A stretch of DNA of 64,000 bases from Candidatus Latescibacterota bacterium (lineage in GTDB: Bacteria > Latescibacterota > UBA2968). The stretch is taken from NCBI GenBank assembly GCA_965208125.1, contig OZ242320.1, positions 4,768,001 to 4,832,000 of the forward strand, given 5' to 3'. Below the pieces are notes generated by a model. That model was not told the origin of the DNA and made no database searches. It worked only from the letters and a program-made list of their open reading frames with translations. Shown here piece after piece: positions 10,073 to 18,857 of this stretch; the first letter of the stretch is position 1, and each line of letters begins with the position of its first letter. The position numbers and the translations under genes are program-made.

Positions 10073-10322
10073 TGGGCAATAAGGAAGTGGTGGAGGTAGT
10101 TCGACAAGCGCAACCTTGAGGGATGAAAAAACGGTCTGAAGCGGTGTACAACTGATCGATTTTCAGACCCGTTCATCAGGATGAAAGGCAATGCGCGGTG
10201 GAGGGCTTTCGCGGTTGGCAAGCCTGTCAGCCCTCCGCCGCTTTGACAACAGAGACAGGTCGTCGCCTGCTCTGTTTCTCAATCTAAAACGCCAAAACCG
10301 CAGAATCAAGTTGCTTTTTTTT
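10073..10322 (+). repeat. Structured intergenic repeat, copy 1 of 6
   Basis: Near-identical to 13996, 16319, 18530, 28911 and 35012; contains three hairpins. Confidence 0.9.
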
Positions 10323-10383
10323 ATGCGGATGGATCAGTCCCATGATCAAGGTGGCTTCCATAAACTCCATCAAGGAGGAATCC

Positions 10384-13300
10384 ATGTGGTTCATGAAGTC
10401 TATAAATTGGAGCGTGATAACCGCTCTTAAAACAGCTCTTGCCATTGTCGTATGGCTGGCGATTGGTACGGCGAAAGCAACGCCGATTATGGATCAAGTG
10501 TCGGGGCGCGTGCTGCACTTTGGTGGAACGCCTGTGGTGGATGCCCAGGTGTCCCTGTTCGATTTGACAAATCTGCGTCAGGGACCTGTAGCGCAAGCCA
10601 CGACAGACGGTGCAGGTTATTTCACGCTTTCACTGGCCGGGTTGCAAAATCAGGCCGTGTTTCCCGACGGCATTGGACTGGGGCAGAACTATCCCAATCC
10701 CTTTAATCCAGCCACGATCATACCCTACCAGTTGGCAGAGGCATCGCATGTGCGGATCGAGGTGTTCAATGTGTTGGGGCAACTCGTTGCGACGCTGGTG
10801 GATGCGGAGCAGGCGGCGGGTTCTCATATTGTGCGGTGGGATGCTCGGGATGCTTCGGGACGAGGTGTGGCTGCGGGGGTGTATCTCTATCGGTTTACAG
10901 TTGGTGACATAACGCAAGTTCGCCGAATGGTTTTGCTGGACGGCAAAAAGACCCCTGCGCCAATAGGTGGGAGACAGGTTGAAGCAGTGTCCGGTATGGT
11001 GGATGGCCTGCCCAATCCTATTTATGGTCTGGTGATTTCGGGGCAGAATATGGTCTCCCATGTGGTGTCGGATTTCCAGTTATCTGACAGCTTCATCCCG
11101 GTGGATATTGTGATCGATGGGGTGGAGAGCGAAAAAAGTACAAAAGTCGTAGCACAGAGCGGAATTTTAGGCGACGCAGACCTCGATGGTCAAGTTAATA
11201 TCGTTGATGCGTTGCTCGTAGCCGTGTACAGTGCCAATCCCACCGCGATTTCAATTTCCAGTGACGCACATGTTGATGTAAACTGCGACGGTCAAGTCGA
11301 TATTGTGGATGCCTGGCTGATCGGTAAGTACAGCATCAATCCGAACGATCCTGATGTACGTCGTGACGCCCCGAATATCGGCACATCTAACATTTGTTCT
11401 CCCGCGTCCCTATCGCCTGATCCATCGACCGTGACGTTTGACACCAACGGCACCTGGCATCGGTTTACGATTCAATCGAGTGAGCGGGTTATTGTGGTGG
11501 CGAATCCGAGTGGCACGACCCCGCTTGTGGAGATCAGCGCCAGCAGCGGAGAGAGCAACCTTTGTCCACCCGAACAGAATGATGAGATAACCCGCAACAA
11601 CGGCGAATCCATCTACTTGTCTGGTTGTGGTTCAGGGACAGGCACAGTGGAACTGCGTCGGGCTTCGGACAATACGGTTCTTAACACCTATACCTTTGCT
11701 ATCGGTGTCCAGGCGTCCCTATCGCCTGATCCATCGACCGTGACGTTTGATACCAATGGCACCTGGCATCGGTTTACGATTCAATCGAGCGAGCCGGTTA
11801 TTGTGGTGGCGAATCCGAGTGGCACAACCCCGCTTGTGGAGATTACCGACACCAGCGGAGAGGACAATTTTTGCCCACCCGAACAGGAGGACGATTATAG
11901 CGGCAACAACGGCGAATCCATCTACTTGTCTGGTTGTGGTTCAGGGACAGGCACAGTGGAACTGCGTCGGGCTTCGGACAACACGGTTCTTAACACCTAT
12001 ACCTTTGCTATCGGTACTGATTCTCATGCCCCTCAGCCGCGTGGTATCACGTATGCCAACAACCGCTTCTATGAGGTTGATCACGATGATGATAAGGTGT
12101 ATGTGTACAACAGTTCTGGTCAGCGTGATGCGAGTGCAGACTTCAATCTGGATAGCAATAACGGTAATCCGAATGGTATCACATACGCCAACAACCGCTT
12201 CTATGTGGTTGATCACAATGATGATAAGGTGTATGTGTACAACAGTTCTGGTCAGCGTGTTTCGAGTGCAGACTTCAATCTGGATAGCAATAACGGTAAT
12301 CCGGAAGGTATCACCTACGCCAACAACCGCTTCTATGTGGTTGATTGGATAGATGCCAAGGTGTATGTGTACACCAGTAGTGGACAGCGTGTTTCGAGTG
12401 CAGACTTCAATCTGGATAGCAATAACGGTACTGCAACGGGTATCACGTATGCCAACAACCGCTTCTATGTGGTTGATTACGATGATGCTAAGGTGTATGT
12501 GTACACCAGTAGTGGTCAGCGTGTTTCGAGTGCAGACTTCAATCTGGATAGCAATAACGGTAATCCGCTGGGTATCACTTATACCAACGACCGGCTCTAT
12601 GTGGCTGATAGGGACGATGATCAGATCTATAGTTACGATGTCAGTGGAGGAGGTGGTGGTGGCAGTCCAGACCTGATCGTAGAATCACCTTCGGTCAGCG
12701 ATAACACCTTGACAGCGGGACAATCCTTCACCCTACAGGCAACTGTCCGCAATCAGGGCACTGGTCAATCTGCTGCAACGACCTTGCGGTATTACCAATC
12801 TGCCAATGCGACCATATCTGCCAGCGACACACGGGTAGGCAGTGGTGCGGTAGGCAGCCTGAATGCTTCGAGCAGCAGTGTGGAATCAATCAGTTTGAAT
12901 GCGCCATCCAGTGCGGGTACGTATTACTACGGTGCGTGTGTTACGTCTGTGTCTGGTGAATCGAAGACGAATAACAACTGCTCTGTTGGTGTGCGCGTCA
13001 CGGTCAGCAGTAGCGGTGATGATCACGGGAATAGTCGTTCTACGGCGACACAGGTATCGTCAGGTAGTATGACGAATGGGCAGATTTCTCCTGTGGGCGA
13101 TGTGGACTATTTTCGGGTTGACGTAAGTGGTTCTGGGACACTAACAGCTTATACGACGGGAAGTACGGATACCGAGGGCCAATTGCAGGATAGCTCAGGC
13201 AACCTCCTTGATTCCGATGATGATACAGGCGACCTCAACTTCCGGGTTTCAGCATCGGTGAGTGCAGGGACGTACTACATCCGGGTAATCGAACATGCTA

Positions 13301-13995
13301 ATAACGATACAGGAAGCTACACCCTGCATGTCTCTGTTACTACCTCTACTCCCTCCTCCTTCAATCTGGATAGCAATAACGGTGATGCGTATGGTATCAC
13401 ATACGCCAACAACCGCTTCTATGTGACTGATTATTGGGGTGATGATAAGGTGTATGTGTACAACAGTTCTGGGCAGCGTGTTTCGAGTGCAGACTTCAAT
13501 CTGGATAGCGACAACACTCGTCCGACTGGTATCACGTATGCCAACAACAGATTCTATGTGCTTGATCTTGATGATGACAAGGTGTATGTGTACAACAGTT
13601 CTGGGCAGCGTGTTTCGAGTGCAGACTTCAATCTGGATAGCAATAACGGTGATGCGTTTGGTATCACATACGCCAACAACCGCTTCTATGTGACTGATTA
13701 TCAGGATGCAAAGGTGTATGTGTACAACAGTTCTGGCGGGCGTGTTTCGAGTGCAGACTTCAATCTGGATAGCAATAACGGTGGTCCAACGGGTATCACA
13801 TACGCCAACAACCGCCTCTATGTGGTTGATTACGGGGATGACAAGGTGTATGTGTACAACAGTTCTGGCGGGCGTGTTTCGAGTGCAGACTTCAATCTGG
13901 ATAGCGACAACAGTAATCCAACGAGTATGACATACGCCAACAACCGCTTCTATGTGGTTGATGAGGGGGCTGACAAGGTGTATGTGTACGAGTAG
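10384..13995 (+). CDS. Secreted modular protein, paralog of 6473 with the same architecture and different variable residues
   Basis: Same RBS, leader and domain order; differences cluster in repeat variable positions and CARDB. Confidence 0.85.
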   Translation: MWFMKSINWSVITALKTALAIVVWLAIGTAKATPIMDQVSGRVLHFGGTPVVDAQVSLFDLTNLRQGPVAQATTDGAGYFTLSLAGLQNQAVFPDGIGLGQNYPNPFNPATIIPYQLAEASHVRIEVFNVLGQLVATLVDAEQAAGSHIVRWDARDASGRGVAAGVYLYRFTVGDITQVRRMVLLDGKKTPAPIGGRQVEAVSGMVDGLPNPIYGLVISGQNMVSHVVSDFQLSDSFIPVDIVIDGVESEKSTKVVAQSGILGDADLDGQVNIVDALLVAVYSANPTAISISSDAHVDVNCDGQVDIVDAWLIGKYSINPNDPDVRRDAPNIGTSNICSPASLSPDPSTVTFDTNGTWHRFTIQSSERVIVVANPSGTTPLVEISASSGESNLCPPEQNDEITRNNGESIYLSGCGSGTGTVELRRASDNTVLNTYTFAIGVQASLSPDPSTVTFDTNGTWHRFTIQSSEPVIVVANPSGTTPLVEITDTSGEDNFCPPEQEDDYSGNNGESIYLSGCGSGTGTVELRRASDNTVLNTYTFAIGTDSHAPQPRGITYANNRFYEVDHDDDKVYVYNSSGQRDASADFNLDSNNGNPNGITYANNRFYVVDHNDDKVYVYNSSGQRVSSADFNLDSNNGNPEGITYANNRFYVVDWIDAKVYVYTSSGQRVSSADFNLDSNNGTATGITYANNRFYVVDYDDAKVYVYTSSGQRVSSADFNLDSNNGNPLGITYTNDRLYVADRDDDQIYSYDVSGGGGGGSPDLIVESPSVSDNTLTAGQSFTLQATVRNQGTGQSAATTLRYYQSANATISASDTRVGSGAVGSLNASSSSVESISLNAPSSAGTYYYGACVTSVSGESKTNNNCSVGVRVTVSSSGDDHGNSRSTATQVSSGSMTNGQISPVGDVDYFRVDVSGSGTLTAYTTGSTDTEGQLQDSSGNLLDSDDDTGDLNFRVSASVSAGTYYIRVIEHANNDTGSYTLHVSVTTSTPSSFNLDSNNGDAYGITYANNRFYVTDYWGDDKVYVYNSSGQRVSSADFNLDSDNTRPTGITYANNRFYVLDLDDDKVYVYNSSGQRVSSADFNLDSNNGDAFGITYANNRFYVTDYQDAKVYVYNSSGGRVSSADFNLDSNNGGPTGITYANNRLYVVDYGDDKVYVYNSSGGRVSSADFNLDSDNSNPTSMTYANNRFYVVDEGADKVYVYE

Positions 13996-14184
13996 TGGGT
14001 AATAAGGAAGTGGTGGGGGTAGTTCGGCAAGCGCAACCTTGAGGGATGAAAAAACGGGATGAATGGGATGAAAAGATGAACAGGATGAAAGGCGATGCGC
14101 GGTGGAGGGCTTTCGCGGTTGGCAAGCCTGTCAGCCCTCCGCCGCTTTGACAACAGAGACAGGTCGTCACCTGCTCTGTTTCGC
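13996..14184 (+). repeat. Structured intergenic repeat, copy 2 (first hairpin deleted)
   Basis: Alignment by eye to copy 1. Confidence 0.85.
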
Positions 14185-14282
14185 AACAACACAGGCGACG
14201 ATTGCGGTTTGGGTAAAATGGATTTGAATACGATGCGGGTCAAGTCCAGATAGGACTTAACCGAAAAAGAAGGAGAAAGAAA

Positions 14283-15842
14283 ATGTGTAAGCACTTGACA
14301 CTTGTCGCACTCATTGGACTCTTTTTCGCAGATCAAGTCTCTGCTACTTCTCATACAGATCCAGACTTTAACGACGATGGAATCGTCAATGAATTGGACT
14401 TAAGGCTCCTTATTTCCAATTGGGGAACGCGAGCAGGTGGACCAAATTGGGATGCGAAGATCGATCTGAATAGTGATGGGATCGTCAATGAATTGGACTT
14501 AAGGCTCCTTATTTCCAATTGGGGCAAGACATTTCCAGTGATACTGAGCGAGCGCGATGTACTGGTGGCGCTATACAATGCGACGGGTGGCGCCAATTGG
14601 ACAAATAACACCAATTGGCTCACGAACAACGACATTTCCACCTGGCATGGTGTCAGCGTTTCTAACGGTTTGGTTACAGGCCTGGACCTTAGTAATAATA
14701 ATCTGATGGGGGAGATTCCCGCGGAATTAGGCAACTTGACCAACCTGACAAGGCTGTATCTTTCCGACAACAGTATTTCGGATGTGTCAGCCCTGTCTAA
14801 CCTGACAAACCTGACAAACCTGACAAGGCTGTATCTTTCCGGCAACAGTATTTCGGATGTGTCAGCCCTGTCTAACCTGACTAATCTGACAGAGCTGTGG
14901 CTTTCCTCCAACAGCATCTCGGATGTGTCAGCCCTGTCTAACCTGACAAACCTGACAGAGCTGAGGCTTTACAACAACAGCATCTCGGATGTGTCAGCCC
15001 TGTCTAACCTGACTAATCTGACAGAGCTGTGGCTTCGCAACAACAGCATCTCGGATGTGTCAGCCCTGTCTAACCTGACAAACCTGACATGGCTGTCTCT
15101 TGGAGGCAACAGCATCTCGGATGTGTCAGCCCTGTCTAACCTGACTAATCTGACAGAGCTGTGGCTTCGCAACAACAGCATCTCGGATGTGTCAGCCCTG
15201 TCTAACCTGACAAACCTGACATGGCTGTCTCTTGGAGGCAACAGCATCTCGGATGTGTCAGCCCTGTCTAACCTGACTAATCTGACAGAGCTGTGGCTTT
15301 CCTCCAACAGCATCTCGGATGTGTCAGCCCTGTCTAACCTGACCAATCTGACAACGCTGGGGCTTCAGAATAACAGCATCTCGGATGTGTCAGCCCTGTC
15401 TAACCTGACAAACCTGACATGGCTGTCTCTTGGAGGCAACAGCATCTCGGATGTGTCAGCCCTGTCTAACCTGACTAATCTGACAGAGCTGTGGCTTTCC
15501 TCCAACAGCATCTCGGATGTGTCAGCCCTGTCTAACCTGACCAATCTGACAACGCTGGATCTTTACAACAACAGCATCTCGAACCTTTCGCCTTTGGTCG
15601 CAAATACGGGTTTGGGCAGTGGGGACTATGTTGATGTGAGGAACAACCCCCTGAGTGCTACATCACTCAACACGCACATTCCAGCCCTTCAGGCAAGAGG
15701 GGTTAATGTGCAGTTTGGCGCAGGGAAGCCTGCGGTGGAGGAGATAGAGCGGGGCATGATACCTGAGGAATGGGAGACAAGAACCCCGATCCACCACCCA
15801 ACGGACGGGCACAGGGGCACCGCTCCTTCAATTCAGCGATGA
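14283..15842 (+). CDS. Secreted dockerin/EF-hand plus internalin-type LRR protein (13 near-identical 22-aa LRRs)
   Basis: AAGGAG RBS; MCKHL signal peptide; DFNDDGIVN/DLNSDGIVN; ERDVLVALYNAT cap; SISDVSALSNLTNLT repeats; VDVRNNPLS C-cap. Confidence 0.88.
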   Translation: MCKHLTLVALIGLFFADQVSATSHTDPDFNDDGIVNELDLRLLISNWGTRAGGPNWDAKIDLNSDGIVNELDLRLLISNWGKTFPVILSERDVLVALYNATGGANWTNNTNWLTNNDISTWHGVSVSNGLVTGLDLSNNNLMGEIPAELGNLTNLTRLYLSDNSISDVSALSNLTNLTNLTRLYLSGNSISDVSALSNLTNLTELWLSSNSISDVSALSNLTNLTELRLYNNSISDVSALSNLTNLTELWLRNNSISDVSALSNLTNLTWLSLGGNSISDVSALSNLTNLTELWLRNNSISDVSALSNLTNLTWLSLGGNSISDVSALSNLTNLTELWLSSNSISDVSALSNLTNLTTLGLQNNSISDVSALSNLTNLTWLSLGGNSISDVSALSNLTNLTELWLSSNSISDVSALSNLTNLTTLDLYNNSISNLSPLVANTGLGSGDYVDVRNNPLSATSLNTHIPALQARGVNVQFGAGKPAVEEIERGMIPEEWETRTPIHHPTDGHRGTAPSIQR

Positions 15843-15931
15843 CGGGATGGGAACCGTCCCGATAGTATGAATGGGTATCTCACATGATCTGAGATGCCGT
15901 CCGTTGAACACCATTTACATAGGAGAATCCA

Positions 15932-16378
15932 ATGCGGAATCTAATTCTGTCAACGTTATCTATACTCACACTTCTGATATACCCGCTGTCTCTTTCGGCA
16001 CAGAACAGTTTTTCCCTCTCGTTGGATGTGGATGGTGCAACGGGCGATCAGGCCGTCACATCTTTGAATACTGATCCGAATCAAGTTGTCGCCATTCAGA
16101 TCTTCGGTAGAGACATTCAGAATGCGAATGGTCTTTCTGTGCGTTTTGAATACGATGCGGGTCAAGTGACTTATGACGGCTTTGATACAGGCAATGTCTT
16201 GCCCAATGCCCAGGCGCTCTCACAACAGGGTACAGGTTTTGTTGAAATCGGCATTGGGTCTTTGGGTGGGCAGGCGACGGCTAACAATGGTCTGATCGGC
16301 ACAATACGCTTTTGCACAAAAGGAAGTGGTGGGGGTAGTTCGGCAAGTGCAACCTTGAGAGATGAAAAAACGGTCTGA
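15932..16378 (+). CDS. Secreted cohesin-like domain protein, probably truncated (C-terminus read from the intergenic repeat)
   Basis: Signal peptide; VVAIQIFGRDIQNANGLSVRFEYDAGQVTY beta-sandwich pattern resembling cohesins. Confidence 0.6.
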   Translation: MRNLILSTLSILTLLIYPLSLSAQNSFSLSLDVDGATGDQAVTSLNTDPNQVVAIQIFGRDIQNANGLSVRFEYDAGQVTYDGFDTGNVLPNAQALSQQGTGFVEIGIGSLGGQATANNGLIGTIRFCTKGSGGGSSASATLRDEKTV

Positions 16379-16587
16379 AGCGTTGTACAATTGGTCGATT
16401 TTCAGACCCGTTCATCAGGAGGAATGGGATGAAAGGATGGACAGGATGAAAGGCGATGCGCGGTGGAGGGCTTTCGCGGTTGGCAAGCCTGTCAGCCCTC
16501 CGCCGCTTTGACAACAGAGACAGGTCATCACCTGCTCTGTTTTTCAATCTAAAACGCCAAAACCGCAGAATCAAGTTGCTTTTTTTC
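16319..16587 (+). repeat. Structured intergenic repeat, copy 3
   Basis: Alignment to copy 1; overlaps the end of the cohesin-like ORF. Confidence 0.88.
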
Positions 16588-16816
16588 AGGCGGTGGGATG
16601 TTGTTTTCTCTATCAGGGGTAGGGGATGAAACCAGCACCCACCGCGCCAATGTCTTCGGAATCAAGGAAAGGAGGTATGCGAAGCCTATCTCTCTGTATT
16701 TGGAACGATAGACTTCGGCGAGAATGTCAAGACTACTGACTTTGGCCTTGCCGGGGGGATCGGTGCCGAGATACCGATCTCCGATCTGCACATTTTTCAA
16801 TAAAGGAGAATTTCAA

Positions 16817-18529
16817 ATGTCATCCTTCTACCGTCTTTTAGCTGCGATAGCACTTTGCTCTATCCTCACCACACCAAATGCTTCCTGTGCTGAAGATAGG
16901 CCGGTCCTTTTCCTGGATGGTCGATCTCATGTTGAATTGCCGAGAAATTTTTTTTACCGAACAACACAGGCGACTACACCAGACTTCAATGGCGATGGTG
17001 TGGTCAATTTTGCCGACTTTTTGGCATTTGCAGGTCAGTTTGGGTCTCGTCAGGGCGATGGGCGGTATGAGGCGAAGTATGACTTAGACGGCGATGGCGC
17101 AATAGGCTTTGGTGATTTTCTCATCTTTGGCAAAAGCTATGGTCAACAAGTGCCACCCTCTGGTGGCGGTGGGACGCCTGCCATCTACAAGGAGACCCTC
17201 GATCTGTATGCTTTCAACGGTGATCCGAGGGGTATCACGTATGCCAACAACAGATTCTATGTGGTTGATTGGAGAGATAACAAGGTGTATGTGTACACCA
17301 GTAGTGGTCAGCGAGTAGAAAACGCTGACTTCGACCTGGATAGAGACAACGGTTCTCCGACAGGTATCACGTATGCCAACAACAGATTCTATGTGGTTGA
17401 TTGGTGGGATGACAAGGTGTATGTGTACAATAGTAGTGGTCAGCGAGTAGAAAACGCTGACTTCGACCTATATAGCGACAACAGTGATCCGAGTGGTATC
17501 ACGTATGCCAATAACAGATTCTATGTGGTTGATTGGCGGGATGACAAGGTGTATGTGTACAATAGTAGTGGTCAGCGAGTAGAAAGCGCTGACTTCGACC
17601 TATATAGCGACAACAGTTCTCCGGAGCGTATCACGTATGCCAACAACCGCTTCTATGTGGTTGATCGGGTGGATGACAAGGTGTATGTGTACAATAGTAG
17701 TGGTCAGCGAGTAGAAAACGCTGACTTCGACCTAGATTTGGATAGCGACAATAGTCGTCCGGAGGGTATCACGTATGCCAACAACAGATTCTATGTGGTT
17801 GATATTGATTATGACAAGGTGTATGTGTACACCAGTAGTGGTCAGCGAGTAGAAAGCGCTGACTTCGAGCTGTATGCTTTCAACAGTTCTCCTTTGGGTA
17901 TCACGTATGCCAACAACAGATTCTATGTGGTTGACTACAGGTGGATTGGGGGGGCTGATAAGGTGTATGTGTACAATAGTAGTGGTCAGCGAGTAAGAAG
18001 CGCTGACTTCGACCTGCATAGCGACAACAGTGAGCCGAGGGGTATCACGTATGCCAACAACAGATTCTATGTGGTTGATGATGACTTTTTTGGTGTTCAA
18101 AAGGTGTATGTGTACACCAGTAGTGGTCAGCGAGTAGAAAACGCTGACTTCGACCTGGATGCTTTCAACATTGATCCGAGGGGTATCACGTATGCCAACA
18201 ACCGCTTCTATGTGGTTGACTACAGGTGGATTGGGGGGGCTGATAAGGTGTATGTGTACAATAGTAGTGGTCAGCGAGTAGCAAGTGCTGACTTCGACCT
18301 GCATAGCGACAACATTGATCCGGAGGGTATCACGTATGCCAACAACAGATTCTATGTGGTTGATGAGGAGGATGACAAGGTGTATGTGTACAATAGTAGT
18401 GGTCAGCGAGTAGCAAGTGCTGACTTCGACCTGCATAGCGACAACAGTACTCCGAGGGGTATCACGTATGCCAACAACAGATTCTATGTGGTTGATATTG
18501 GGAATGACAAGATATATGTGTACGAGTAG
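16817..18529 (+). CDS. Chimeric secreted protein: leader of the LamG gene, EF-hand/dockerin pair, 10x propeller repeat
   Basis: First ~53 codons match 29407; then PDFNGDGVVNFADF as in 33401; ten GITYANNRFY units. Confidence 0.85.
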   Translation: MSSFYRLLAAIALCSILTTPNASCAEDRPVLFLDGRSHVELPRNFFYRTTQATTPDFNGDGVVNFADFLAFAGQFGSRQGDGRYEAKYDLDGDGAIGFGDFLIFGKSYGQQVPPSGGGGTPAIYKETLDLYAFNGDPRGITYANNRFYVVDWRDNKVYVYTSSGQRVENADFDLDRDNGSPTGITYANNRFYVVDWWDDKVYVYNSSGQRVENADFDLYSDNSDPSGITYANNRFYVVDWRDDKVYVYNSSGQRVESADFDLYSDNSSPERITYANNRFYVVDRVDDKVYVYNSSGQRVENADFDLDLDSDNSRPEGITYANNRFYVVDIDYDKVYVYTSSGQRVESADFELYAFNSSPLGITYANNRFYVVDYRWIGGADKVYVYNSSGQRVRSADFDLHSDNSEPRGITYANNRFYVVDDDFFGVQKVYVYTSSGQRVENADFDLDAFNIDPRGITYANNRFYVVDYRWIGGADKVYVYNSSGQRVASADFDLHSDNIDPEGITYANNRFYVVDEEDDKVYVYNSSGQRVASADFDLHSDNSTPRGITYANNRFYVVDIGNDKIYVYE

Positions 18530-18796
18530 GAGCCAATAAGGAAGTGGTGGGGGTAGTTCGGCAAGCGCGATCTTGAGGGATGTAAAAACGGTCTGAAGCG
18601 GTGTACAACGGGTCGATTTTCAGACCCGTTCATCAGGATGAAAGGATGGCCAGGATGAAAGGCGATGCGCGGTGGCGGGCTTTCGCGGTTGGCAAGCCTG
18701 TCAGCCCTCCGCCGCTTTGACAACAGAGACAGGTCGTCACCTGCTCTGTTTCTCAATCTAAAACGCCAAAACCGCAGAATCAAGTTGCTTTTTTTC
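18530..18796 (+). repeat. Structured intergenic repeat, copy 4
   Basis: Alignment to copy 1. Confidence 0.9.
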
Positions 18797-18857
18797 ATGC
18801 GGACGGATCAGTCCCATGATCAAGGTGGCTTCCATAAACTCCATCAAGGAGGAATCC

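Noticed and set aside
10216-10231. Sigma-54 promoter within the intergenic repeat (TGGCAAGCCTGTCAGC)
   Set aside because: GG-GC spacing is off by one and the TTGC box is missing.
16549-16800. Small minus-strand ORF duplicated at 29148-29390
   Set aside because: No recognisable family; its conservation is explained by the recent duplication of the LamG upstream region.
14730-18526. CRISPR array (constant repeats with variable spacers)
   Set aside because: Units are in-frame 66- or ~126-bp coding repeats with only a few variable codons, and there are no cas genes.
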